This document shows positions 1-8,651 of a stretch of 64,000 bases of DNA, in pieces. The DNA is from Nitrospirota bacterium (lineage in GTDB: Bacteria; Nitrospirota; JACRHJ01): contig CAWJRJ010000016.1 of the NCBI GenBank assembly GCA_963845245.1, forward strand, positions 128,001 through 192,000, read 5' to 3'. Position 1 is the first letter of the stretch; each line of letters begins with the position of its first letter. The notes beneath the pieces were generated by a model that was given only the letters and a program-made list of their open reading frames with translations, made no database searches and was not told the DNA's origin. Made by a program: the position numbers and the translations under genes.

Positions 1-356
1 CTGCCCATATCCTCATGGCCTACATGCCAATGGCCGTGCTCGGTATAGTAATGCCTGCCGTCGTCGATATATACGTGGTCCGGGTCGTAATGAGGCCTCC
101 TGTGCCTGTCATAATAGAACCATCCGCTCCTGTTGTCGTCCCAGAACCAGTATGCGGGAGGTCCGGGCGCTATCACTATTGTTGGCGGCAGCGGCGGGAA
201 GACCACCACACCCGGGGGTGGCGGCGGAGCCTGGGCTACCACTACAGGCACCGGTGGAACGGGTACGCCTATGCTGATATTGACGTTCCCGGCCATGGCC
301 GCCGATGTGGTAAAAAGCATTGCTGCGAATACAGTAAGCGACATAAATCTCTTCAT
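1..356 (-). CDS. Secreted proline-rich hypothetical protein (partial, runs off window start)
   Basis: Not in ORF track. GGAGG RBS then MKRFMSLTVFAAMLFTTSAAMA signal peptide, a Pro-rich stretch (VPVPPVPVVVAQAPPPPPG) and a Trp/His/Tyr-rich tail. Confidence 0.75.
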   Translation of the reverse strand, partial: MKRFMSLTVFAAMLFTTSAAMAGNVNISIGVPVPPVPVVVAQAPPPPPGVVVFPPLPPTIVIAPGPPAYWFWDDNRSGWFYYDRHRRPHYDPDHVYIDDGRHYYTEHGHWHVGHEDMG

Positions 357-520
357 CTTGTACCTCCGTTTCGTGTGCCCAGAAATTTATACCTGCCGCC
401 TTCTAATGTCAATGGAAAATGTGGTTTGTCGACACAGGACAGGGAGGATGTGTCTCGTATTCTTAAAATTAGTTAAATAAGTATAGCATAGTGTTTTCAG
501 TCAGTTACGGCGTAGACGGC

Positions 521-548
521 TTGACAAAAACGGCATTTTAGCTATAAT
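521..548 (+). promoter_or_regulatory. sigma70-type promoter of hsp20
   Basis: TTGACA (521-526), 16 bp spacer, TATAAT (543-548). Confidence 0.7.
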
Positions 549-624
549 TAAATATGAGGGATGAGGTTAAAAGCGATTAATCTCTCCCGCCGGGCAACAT
601 GGGTTTTGAGGAGGTGATTACGTT

Positions 625-1110
625 ATGTTCCCGCTGACTAAATGGTCTCCCTCCAGGGAGCTTTGGACGCTCCAGAGGGAAATGGATGACTTGGTAAACA
701 GGGTATTTGGCAGGGGCGAGAGAGGGATGCACTTCCTTCCGACTCTTGGCACGTACAATTTCCCGGCCATCGACTGCGTCAGGGAAGGTAACAACGTCAT
801 TGTACACGCTGAGCTTCCGGGAATCGAGCCCAAGGACGTTGATATTACCGTAACTGGCAACCTGCTCACCATCAGAGGCGAGCGCAAGACGGAAAAGAAG
901 GTGGAGGAGGAGGATTACTTCCTCCGTGAGATAGGAGTAGGGACCTTTGAGCGCAGCATTACGCTCCCGGTCGAGGTGAACACAGAGCACATCAAGGCGA
1001 ATTACAAGAAGGGCCTGCTTGAGATCACGATGCCCGCTCAGACCGCCTTGAAGGGCAAAAAGGTTGAAATAACAATGGAAGAGGAGCCAAGGAAGATCAA
1101 GGCTGCATAA
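625..1110 (+). CDS. Hsp20/alpha-crystallin small heat-shock protein
   Basis: AELPGI..DVDITV..LTIRGE, FERSITLP, ANYKKGLLEITMP motifs; GAGGAGG RBS. Confidence 0.95.
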   Translation: MFPLTKWSPSRELWTLQREMDDLVNRVFGRGERGMHFLPTLGTYNFPAIDCVREGNNVIVHAELPGIEPKDVDITVTGNLLTIRGERKTEKKVEEEDYFLREIGVGTFERSITLPVEVNTEHIKANYKKGLLEITMPAQTALKGKKVEITMEEEPRKIKAA

Positions 1111-1156
1111 TAGATCCTGTCTTAACCCCGTCGCCCGGATGGGGAGAGTAATTCGG

Positions 1157-1190
1157 ACAAGGCGGATACAATCTCCGCCTTGTTTTGTTT
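1157..1190 (+). terminator. Intrinsic terminator
   Basis: ACAAGGCGGA/TCCGCCTTGT stem followed by a T-rich tract. Confidence 0.7.
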
Positions 1191-1309
1191 CTGTTTGCAG
1201 GCGCGCGCAAATGCCTCATAACAAAAAAGGTTTGACTATAAATATTGTTTTTGTTAAACTCTGCCATTAAATTTCATTCGCCCTGTCGGGCTTAAGAAGG
1301 GATGGCCAT

Positions 1310-1672
1310 TTGATGGACCGTAAGATAACTGATTTAAAAAAGAAGCTTGAAGAGCAGAGGGCCGAACTCCTGGCAGAGGCGGGAGAGACCATAACGGAAG
1401 GGCTCAAGCCGGAAAAAGAGAATTATGCCGACCTTGGAGACCAGGCCAGTGCGGAGACAGACCGTAACCTCCTCCTTAGGCTCAGGGGCCGCGAGCAGCG
1501 ACTTCTCAAGAAGATCGACGAGGCCCTGAAGAGGATAGAGGACGGTACTTTCGGCATCTGCGAGACATGCGGCGAGAAGATAGGCGCAAAAAGGCTTCAG
1601 GCCCGCCCCGTCACCACGCTCTGCATAGACTGCAAAACCGCCCAGGAAGAAGAAGAGAAACTTAGGAAGTAA
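1310..1672 (+). CDS. dksA: RNA polymerase-binding protein DksA (TraR/DksA C4 Zn finger)
   Basis: DLGDQA coiled-coil tip, ALKRIEDGTFGICETC...RLQARP...LCIDCK. Confidence 0.9.
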   Translation: MMDRKITDLKKKLEEQRAELLAEAGETITEGLKPEKENYADLGDQASAETDRNLLLRLRGREQRLLKKIDEALKRIEDGTFGICETCGEKIGAKRLQARPVTTLCIDCKTAQEEEEKLRK

Positions 1673-1688
1673 CCAGCCCGGAGGCCGA

Positions 1689-2165
1689 GTGGCAAAGGTC
1701 CTTATACTCTACTATACAAGGTCCGGCAACACCGAGAAGATGGCCCGGCTGGTGGAAGATGGAGCCAGGGATTCAGGTGCCCAGACTGTGGTCAAGCCCG
1801 TTTCCGAGGCCACGCTCGACGACCTCACCGCCTCCGACGGTATAATAATCGGTTCACCCACCTATTATGGCCTTCCGGCCGCCGAAATCATAAAATTTAT
1901 CGATGAAAGCGTCAAGCTCCATGGCCGCCTCGAAGGCAAGGTCGGGGGCGCGTTCTCCTCGTCCGCGAATATCGGCGGCGGGAACGAGACGGTCATACTG
2001 TCCATCCTCCAGGCGATGCTGGTGCACGGCATGGTCGTGCAAGGCATACCCAAGGGCGACCATTACGGGCCCGTTTCCATAGGCGCGCCGGACGAGCGGG
2101 TGTCGAAACAGTGCAGGCTTCTTGGCGAACGCGTTGCAAAGCTGGCCGACAGGCTGGCCGGGTAA
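1689..2165 (+). CDS. Flavodoxin/WrbA-like NAD(P)H-dependent oxidoreductase
   Basis: YYTRSGNTEKMA FMN loop, GSPTYYG, GGGNET. Confidence 0.9.
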   Translation: MAKVLILYYTRSGNTEKMARLVEDGARDSGAQTVVKPVSEATLDDLTASDGIIIGSPTYYGLPAAEIIKFIDESVKLHGRLEGKVGGAFSSSANIGGGNETVILSILQAMLVHGMVVQGIPKGDHYGPVSIGAPDERVSKQCRLLGERVAKLADRLAG

Positions 2166-2199
2166 CTGTTTTTTTGCTCGAATAAACATATTACAAATT

Positions 2200-2226
2200 G
2201 TAGGGGCCGACCATCGTGTCGGCCCT
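2200..2226 (+). repeat. GTAG-type REP-like palindrome (single copy)
   Basis: GTAGGGGCCGACCATCGTGTCGGCCCT, identical to the copies in 15372-15458. Confidence 0.75.
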
Positions 2227-2327
2227 TTTGTATGTTAACGTTTGTATTGCTGAACAGATACCGGCAGTTTGACTTTTCCCTGTAAAATGATAGACTTTTA
2301 TTATAAGGATAGAAGAAGGAGGTTGGT

Positions 2328-2495
2328 ATGATACTGGAACTGAACGAGAAAGAAAAAAAGGTATTGACGCTGGTTCTGAAGTCGTTCGATTCGGAACTGA
2401 AGGAAGAAATCGGCAAGACCGATAACCGGGATTTTAAAGCCGACCTTCGCGGAGAGGAAGAGGTTGTCAAGGAGCTGCTTAAGAAAGTAGCTTAG
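2328..2495 (+). CDS. 55-aa charged helical hypothetical protein
   Basis: Below ORF-track cutoff; AAGGAGG RBS; MILELNEKEKKVLTLVLKSFDSELKEEIGKTDNRDFKADL... Confidence 0.7.
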   Translation: MILELNEKEKKVLTLVLKSFDSELKEEIGKTDNRDFKADLRGEEEVVKELLKKVA

Positions 2496-2537
2496 CCTAA
2501 AAGGCGGCTCGTCTCTATCTGCATCATACGGAAATCT

Positions 2538-2560
2538 GGCCCATTAATGGGCCTTTTTTT
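2538..2560 (+). terminator. Intrinsic terminator
   Basis: GGCCCATTAATGGGCC palindrome followed by a T run. Confidence 0.55.
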
Positions 2561-2629
2561 ATTTTGATAGACATTCCCCCTACTATTAAATAAAATCTAA
2601 ATCAAAAATCCAACCTGATGGAGGCATAA

Positions 2630-3202
2630 ATGGAAAAAATCACACTCGGCCCGCAGACGATGCTCTACCCTATGCCCACGCTCCTGATAGGCGCGGAGGT
2701 TGACGGCAAGCCGAACTTCATGGTGGCCGCGTGGAGCGGGATCGCATGCTCGACCCCGCCGATGATATCCGTCGCCATCCAGCCGCACCGCCACACATAC
2801 AAAGGCCTGCGGGAGCACCGGGTATTCTCGGTCAATGTGCCCCCGGTCTCGCTTATGAAGGAGACGGACTACTGTGGCATCCATTCCGGCAAGCAGGACC
2901 CGGACAAGGCCGCGCTCTGCGGGTTCGACATCTTCTACGGAGAGACGAAGGCCCCGCTCATATCGCAGTGCCATATCAATATCGAATGCACCGTGGTCAT
3001 CACCCTCCAGCTCGGCAGCCACGACCTGGTCGTCGGCGAGATAAAAGAGGTCCACGTATCGAAGGACGTCCTCGGCCCGGACGGCAAGCCCGACCCGGCG
3101 AAGATCGACCCGCTTATCTTCTCCGTGCCCGACAGGGCGTACCGGCGCATGGGCGAGGTGGTGGGCAAGGCGTTCAGCGTCGGGATGGATCTGAAAAAAT
3201 AA
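2630..3202 (+). CDS. Flavin reductase family (flavoredoxin-like) protein
   Basis: LYPMP, FSVNVP, DYCG..SG, GSHDLVVGEI motifs. Confidence 0.9.
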   Translation: MEKITLGPQTMLYPMPTLLIGAEVDGKPNFMVAAWSGIACSTPPMISVAIQPHRHTYKGLREHRVFSVNVPPVSLMKETDYCGIHSGKQDPDKAALCGFDIFYGETKAPLISQCHINIECTVVITLQLGSHDLVVGEIKEVHVSKDVLGPDGKPDPAKIDPLIFSVPDRAYRRMGEVVGKAFSVGMDLKK

Positions 3203-4668
3203 TGGGCTATCTTGGCAGATTATTCGTAAGGCCATCGCAGGTCTCGGAACTGGCCTGTCTCGATATCGCAGAACGAGGAAGGGTAGTACGTTCCTGCAGG
3301 TGGAAGGCGTTCCGAAACTGGCGGTTTTGGGCACTCTCTTTGTTGGTCACTGTTTTTTCCTTGTTCATTCCGTGGCCGTTAGTCCTCTTTTATATGAACT
3401 TACAAATTAAAACGTTTAGTTGGGGTTGGTTGTCCGCTCTTTCTTTGCTGTCTATCATTCTTATCGTGCTCTATATATCCCTTGCGCTCCGAGTGTCGAT
3501 ATACTTTGCAGCCCCACACATGGCCGAGGAGGTCTGTAGGCTCTTTCCAGGGGAGGCGTACATGGCAGAGCATGCGAGCAATCAGTGTATTAGGAAAAAA
3601 GAACTGACCAGGATGGTCTGGACTGTTGCTATTCTTGTATTTGCGACAATGACCGGAGTTGTATTAATACTAAGGAATGTCCAGGATAGTTTCGCCATGA
3701 AGGTGCCGGATGAGCTTAAGACGCCCCGTGTTGTTACGTCAATGCTTGGGTTAAAGAAGGAGGTTTATCTCTCGGACCAGAGGCTCGGCCGCATTACAGA
3801 CATTGTTTTCAATAAGGACAGAGCTGTTTTTGCAGGAGACGGAGGTGCCCTTATAAGGGAGAGTGGGGCCGAAAGGTTTGTCGGGTTCGAGCGCGGGCAG
3901 GATGATATAAATTTTATAAGGATAGACAAGGCTGACGCGTTTGGCTTTATGAACAGGGGTTCTTGGGCTCACGATGCGCGGCTTATGGACATCGAAGGCC
4001 GCGTCCTGTGGAGATACGGCGGGAGTAGCGGCGTTGACGACATGGCCTCTGGGGACGTGGATGGTGACGGATATCCGGAATACGTTGTTGGATTTAATGG
4101 CGGCGGAGGTATACATCTTCTGGACCAGCATGGTAGAAAGATTTGGCAGTTCGACGACGGGAACGTCTGGCATGTTGAGATAGGCGACATATTTGGCGAC
4201 GGACATAATTATATAGTGCACAGCAATGCGGGCGGGGAAGTCACCGTCCGCGACATAAGCGGAAAGGTTATCTCTAGTGCGAAGCCTTCGGCGTATTTTT
4301 CTAGTTTCTCGCTTATACGCTGGCCCGACGCAGCGGGATCCGCGCGCCTGTTGTATGCGGAAGATAACCGCATATGGATACTTGACGCGAGGGGGACGGT
4401 TCTTGCGAAATTTACGGCTCCTGGCTCAGGTAGCCTAGGAGAGGCTAGGGGCGCTGTCCTGGAATACAATAAAGGAAAAGTTCTCGGTACGGTTATAGAC
4501 TACAAAAACTGGAAGCGGACGCTGTTATTTATCCACGACGGGAACGGGAACATACTTTATCGGGAGATATTACCCGAGTCCTGCAAGAGCATAGTCATTA
4601 TTCCGGGCGAAGAAAAGGGTTTCCTAATCGGTGGCGAAGGGAGGATAATAAAGTACAGCCTAGATTGA
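3202..4668 (+). CDS. Membrane-anchored protein with C-terminal FG-GAP/VCBS-like beta-propeller
   Basis: ATG 3202 overlaps the upstream TAA (the 2731 ORF start is an overlap artefact); N-terminal hydrophobic helices; GDVDGDGYPE and GDIFGDG motifs. Confidence 0.7.
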   Translation: MGYLGRLFVRPSQVSELACLDIAERGRVVRSCRWKAFRNWRFWALSLLVTVFSLFIPWPLVLFYMNLQIKTFSWGWLSALSLLSIILIVLYISLALRVSIYFAAPHMAEEVCRLFPGEAYMAEHASNQCIRKKELTRMVWTVAILVFATMTGVVLILRNVQDSFAMKVPDELKTPRVVTSMLGLKKEVYLSDQRLGRITDIVFNKDRAVFAGDGGALIRESGAERFVGFERGQDDINFIRIDKADAFGFMNRGSWAHDARLMDIEGRVLWRYGGSSGVDDMASGDVDGDGYPEYVVGFNGGGGIHLLDQHGRKIWQFDDGNVWHVEIGDIFGDGHNYIVHSNAGGEVTVRDISGKVISSAKPSAYFSSFSLIRWPDAAGSARLLYAEDNRIWILDARGTVLAKFTAPGSGSLGEARGAVLEYNKGKVLGTVIDYKNWKRTLLFIHDGNGNILYREILPESCKSIVIIPGEEKGFLIGGEGRIIKYSLD

Positions 4669-4726
4669 ACGGTTGCATTTTCTTAAATATATGACAGGGA
4701 TGTCCGTCCTCGCAAAACCTGCATCT

Positions 4727-4771
4727 GTTGTGGGAATGGCGTTCAGCGTCGGTATGGAGTTGAAGAAATAA
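4727..4771 (+). repeat. Diverged duplicate of the last 15 codons of the flavin reductase gene
   Basis: Encodes VVGMAFSVGMELKK* versus VVGKAFSVGMDLKK* at 3158-3202; 38/45 nt identical. Confidence 0.85.
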
Positions 4772-4851
4772 GGGCTTTCTTCTGGACCGCCCCGCGCTAA
4801 CCTCGGAAACTACCCTCGGTAAGCGGTGGGGACCCCCCTTTCTTTTACCTT

Positions 4852-4886
4852 TTGATAAGAAAGTACGGTTCTGGTATAATTCTTGC
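4852..4886 (+). promoter_or_regulatory. Overlapping sigma70-like and sigma54-like promoter motifs before the AAA gene
   Basis: TTGATA-17-TATAAT (4852-4880) and TGGTATAATTCTTGC (4872-4886; GG-N10-GC). Confidence 0.5.
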
Positions 4887-4930
4887 TCTAAGCATTAAAG
4901 AAGCAAAATATTTCCCCTGAGGAGTACGCA

Positions 4931-5821
4931 ATGCACAAGATCCTTTCGCATATCTATTACGAAGTACGTAAGCCCCAGATGACCTGGGACATGGTCGGCG
5001 GGTTTCAGGATATAAAAGATACCCTGAAAGAGATGGTCTGCCTGCCGCTTACAAAGGGCAAGGAACTCGCCGAGATGAACGTCGAGCTGCCCACCGGCAC
5101 GATGATATGGGGGCCGCTGGGCGTCGGCATCACGATGCTGGCAGAGGCTGCCGCGACCGAGGCCGGTGTGGGGTACGTATACATATCCGGGCAGGAGATG
5201 CTCGGCAAGCCGGAGGCCCTCAGAAACGCCTTCCACGAGGCGATACACGAGGCACCGTGCGTGCTGTTCATATCGGACACCGAATGGCTCTGTCCGCGCG
5301 CCGGAGCGGACTACGAATGGGAGAAGGGAAACTTCAGGGGTATCCCGCCGACCTTTGCGGATAAAGAGCTCTCAGAGGTCTTCATCCAGGAGATCGACGC
5401 CCTGCACGGCGTCAGGGATGTAGCTCTTGTAGGCTCCTGCTACCGCGTTGACACCGTAGACCAGGCTATAATAAAAGAGCACCGCCGGTTCAACCGCAAG
5501 GTGTTCATGCACCCGCCCACGATAAAAGACAGGGAAGGCATACTTAAGATATACTTTGACAGGATGAAGCTCTACGATAAGGTAGACAAGGCGGTAACGA
5601 TTGACGGGCTCGCCGGGCTTACCGAGGGCTACGTCGGCTGGGACATAGAGTCGCTCTGCAAGAGGGCGGCGCTCACGGCAGTCAAGAGGGGCGACAAGGT
5701 GATCGGGATGGAACATTTCGAGGCCGCCCTTAAAGAGATCGACCCATGGCTGACGCCCGGAATGACCAAAAAATACTATGAACTAAGGGAGAAGGACTGC
5801 CCTCATCATTACGCGTTTTAG
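4931..5821 (+). CDS. AAA+ family protein (CDC48/FtsH-like single module) with degenerate Walker motifs
   Basis: TWDMVGGFQDIKDTLKEMV, APCVLF, LTEGYVGWDIESLC lid; Walker A GPLGVGIT lacks Lys, Walker B reads LFISD. Confidence 0.85.
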   Translation: MHKILSHIYYEVRKPQMTWDMVGGFQDIKDTLKEMVCLPLTKGKELAEMNVELPTGTMIWGPLGVGITMLAEAAATEAGVGYVYISGQEMLGKPEALRNAFHEAIHEAPCVLFISDTEWLCPRAGADYEWEKGNFRGIPPTFADKELSEVFIQEIDALHGVRDVALVGSCYRVDTVDQAIIKEHRRFNRKVFMHPPTIKDREGILKIYFDRMKLYDKVDKAVTIDGLAGLTEGYVGWDIESLCKRAALTAVKRGDKVIGMEHFEAALKEIDPWLTPGMTKKYYELREKDCPHHYAF

Positions 5822-5987
5822 AGTTATTTTGTTGACATTCCGCCTGCCATTGGCAGATTTTCGTCATACCTGACCCCAGGGTCTGGTCTGGTGGAGGTGT
5901 GCATTAATGCGCAGTTTTCAGGGCTCAAAACCGCGTTAACGCGTTAACTGGGCCACAATGAGCGCTGCAGGAGTGGTTTAGCTTGGC

Positions 5988-6000
5988 TAACATGTTGATT
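5988..6000 (-). promoter_or_regulatory. IHF-binding site
   Basis: Reverse complement AATCAACATGTTA fits WATCAA-N4-TTR; lies just upstream of a sigma54 motif. Confidence 0.55.
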
Positions 6001-6037
6001 TTATAAGCATTAATTAGCGCCATCCGGGTTAAGCTTT

Positions 6038-6052
6038 TGGCGTGATATTTGC
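6038..6052 (+). promoter_or_regulatory. sigma54 (-24/-12) promoter
   Basis: TGGCGTGATATTTGC fits TGGC-N7-TTGC; IHF site upstream; sigma54 activator encoded in the cluster. Confidence 0.7.
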
Positions 6053-6109
6053 ATGACAATCCGTCAGGACCCTTGTGTCCTGCTGGAACTTTTAAGGAGG
6101 TTCTTTAAG

Positions 6110-6883
6110 ATGGGGAAGTTCCCGCGGCTCTTTGAAAAGTTTATTCTGACTTTTTCGCTTATGGCGGTGCTTTTCCTGCCTCTGGTGTTTTCGGGTTGCG
6201 CCACTTCCACGGCGGCGGCCCCGGCCAGGAGCGGCTCCGGTGTGACCGGAATGGTTTCGGCGCCCGTTGAGGGAGCATACGTCTTCATATACGAAAAAGG
6301 CGCGGACCCGCACGGCCCTCCGTTTGCAATGACCCAGGCGACCGGGCCGGAAGGCTCGTTCGAGATGGGTCTTCCCGACGGCGAATATGTCCTGGTGGCC
6401 CGCAAGCACAAGAACGGCCGCCCCGGCAGCCCGCTGTCGAAGGATGACCAGAAGAGCGAGCCGGTCAACATCTCGGTCAAGGGCGGCAAGATAGAGCGCC
6501 TTGACCTCGTCCTTCTGAACAAGACGGACGACGTAAAGCATTTCGGCGCGGCTGGAGAATCAGCGACGGCGATAACCGGAAGGATATTCGACAGCGAAGG
6601 CAACCCTATGAGGGGTTTCAGGGTCCATGTTTACACATACGCGCAGATGTCCGAGAGGCCTAAATACGTATCGGCGGCCTCAGGCGCGGACGGAAGGTAC
6701 ATAGTCTTCCTTCCGAAGGGCGGCACTTATTATCTGGCGGCGAGGGACAACTTCGGCGCACCGCCCAAGATAGGCGATTTTTTCGGCAGGTATGACGAGG
6801 GGACGATAGACCCCTCAGGAGTTATATTAAGGACGGGACAGAAGCTCGAGAACATCAATATCACTGTCCATAAAGTATGGTAA
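6110..6883 (+). CDS. Lipoprotein with carboxypeptidase-regulatory-like beta-sandwich domains (paralog 1)
   Basis: AGGAGG RBS before ATG 6110; lipobox FSGC; YYLAAR..GDFFGRY motif shared with four paralogs. Confidence 0.75.
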   Translation: MGKFPRLFEKFILTFSLMAVLFLPLVFSGCATSTAAAPARSGSGVTGMVSAPVEGAYVFIYEKGADPHGPPFAMTQATGPEGSFEMGLPDGEYVLVARKHKNGRPGSPLSKDDQKSEPVNISVKGGKIERLDLVLLNKTDDVKHFGAAGESATAITGRIFDSEGNPMRGFRVHVYTYAQMSERPKYVSAASGADGRYIVFLPKGGTYYLAARDNFGAPPKIGDFFGRYDEGTIDPSGVILRTGQKLENINITVHKVW

Positions 6884-6918
6884 ATCGGGTTTTATTTAAT
6901 TTTCTGAAAGGAGGAAGT

Positions 6919-8562
6919 ATGAAAAGACTGGGAAGGTTTTTAATGCTTGCCATGGTCGTCGGACTCGTGACATATGCGGGTTCTGCAACCGCAGGCAAGA
7001 CACTCACGTTTTTCACTGACGGTACGGAAAAGGCGGGGGTGGGCGACAAGGGCCACGGCAAGGGCGTGATCCTGAACGACTACGACAAGGACGGCAACAT
7101 AGATATATTCAAATCGAACAAGGGGGGCCATAACGTCCTCTATCACAACAACGGCGACGGCACCTTTACCGACGTCACTGTCAAGGCCGGCCTGTATGAC
7201 ACAGGCTTCGCCATGGGTTCAGTTATGGCCGACATAGACAACGACGGTATACCAGACCTCGTGGTCGCCAAGGGCGGCAGGACCGAGATCGACCAGAACC
7301 GCATTTACCGCGGCCTCGGTAACGGCAAGTTCCAGGACGTGACGGAATCATGCGGCGCGGGTACCAAGGACTTCACCTACGGCGCGCTCCTGTGCGACTT
7401 CGACCATGACGGCAAGCTCGACCTCTTCTACTCAAACTACGGCGGAGACAAGAAGAACAGGCTCTTCCACAACGAGAGCACGAAGGGCCACATCAAGTTC
7501 AAGGAAGTAACGGACCAGGCGGGCCTTGGCGCATATGGCTGGAGCTGGAGCGCGACCGCTGTCGACGTCAACGAGGACGGCTGGGATGACCTCTACGTAT
7601 CGCGCGGCCGCTATCCGGCCGGCGAGCCCAACAAGATGTACCTCAACGTCAGCACCCCGGGCCACATCAAGTTCGCCGACTTCTCCAAGGAGTCCGGCAT
7701 CGACGACAAGGACTGGACACTGGGTTCCGCCTTCGCCGACTATGACAACGACGGCCACATGGACGTCTACATCTCCAACTACGTCGGAAACAACAAGCTC
7801 TTCAAGGGCGACGGCACCGGCCACTTCACCGAGGTCAGCCATTTCGCGAAGATTGACGACAAGCCGGACCACTGGGGCAAGGGCCCGAGCTGGGGTGACA
7901 TAAACAACGACGGCTTCGTCGACCTCTACGAGGGCGACTGCAAGTTCGCCAACCAGCTCTACCTCAACAACGGCGACGGCACCTTCACCAACGTCACCGA
8001 GCAGAACCCCTGCGTGAAGTACGAGACGATCCGTACGAAGGGCACGGCCATGGCCGACTTTGACAACAAGGGCGCACTCGATATATACGTTGTCAACTGG
8101 GCGGTCGCCAGCGGCCTGATGAAGAACATAAACCACGACAAGAACTGGCTCGAGGTCGACTGCAAGGGCACCGTCAGCAACCGTGACGCGGTCAGCACGA
8201 AGGTCAAGGTCTACGATGCAGGCTTCATGGGCGACAAGAGACATTTCAGGGGCATAAGGGAGGTCCAGACCTCCACTGGCTTCTGCTCCCAGAACCCGCT
8301 CGTCCAGCACTTCGGCGTCGATGCCAAGAGGCACTACGACGTACAGGCTATCTTCCCGAGCGGCCTCATCGCCTATGCGCTTGACGTCAAGACTGCACAG
8401 AAGATAAAGATGGTCGAGCCGGCCACACTCGCCCAGCAGAAGGAACTCTACCCGATGGCAACCGCCGATGCGGGCCAGAGGTTCCCGCTCTCAGTCGCGG
8501 TCCTCGCCCCGTGGACCCCGTCCACCAGCGACGTGATGAACGCGAAGGCAGTGGTAAAATAG
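6919..8562 (+). CDS. Secreted FG-GAP/CRTAC1-family beta-propeller with ASPIC/UnbV-like C-terminus
   Basis: Signal peptide; seven DxDxDG-type loops; NNGDGTFTDVT; GFCSQNPLVQHFG. Confidence 0.9.
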   Translation: MKRLGRFLMLAMVVGLVTYAGSATAGKTLTFFTDGTEKAGVGDKGHGKGVILNDYDKDGNIDIFKSNKGGHNVLYHNNGDGTFTDVTVKAGLYDTGFAMGSVMADIDNDGIPDLVVAKGGRTEIDQNRIYRGLGNGKFQDVTESCGAGTKDFTYGALLCDFDHDGKLDLFYSNYGGDKKNRLFHNESTKGHIKFKEVTDQAGLGAYGWSWSATAVDVNEDGWDDLYVSRGRYPAGEPNKMYLNVSTPGHIKFADFSKESGIDDKDWTLGSAFADYDNDGHMDVYISNYVGNNKLFKGDGTGHFTEVSHFAKIDDKPDHWGKGPSWGDINNDGFVDLYEGDCKFANQLYLNNGDGTFTNVTEQNPCVKYETIRTKGTAMADFDNKGALDIYVVNWAVASGLMKNINHDKNWLEVDCKGTVSNRDAVSTKVKVYDAGFMGDKRHFRGIREVQTSTGFCSQNPLVQHFGVDAKRHYDVQAIFPSGLIAYALDVKTAQKIKMVEPATLAQQKELYPMATADAGQRFPLSVAVLAPWTPSTSDVMNAKAVVK

Positions 8563-8592
8563 CTTTGATGTGCAGCACCAATAAATGATAAA

Positions 8593-8635
8593 ATGGCCGT
8601 CTGAGGTGTAGTTGCTCAGGCGGCCATATTTTTTA
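8593..8635 (+). terminator. Intra-operon hairpin or terminator
   Basis: ATGGCCGTCTGAG/CTCAGGCGGCCAT stem followed by a T run. Confidence 0.6.
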
Positions 8636-8651
8636 GCATTCCAGGGAAAAT

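Noticed and set aside
15..480. Plus-strand ORFs 15-476 and 133-480
   Set aside because: Shadows of the minus-strand gene, which has an RBS and signal peptide
2731..3201. N-terminal extension of the 645-aa ORF
   Set aside because: Overlaps the flavin reductase in another frame; ATG 3202 is the plausible start
4784..4846. GC-rich structured segment, possible riboswitch or ncRNA
   Set aside because: Fits an imperfect terminator-like hairpin after the displaced gene end; no RNA family motif recognised (an Rfam search would decide)
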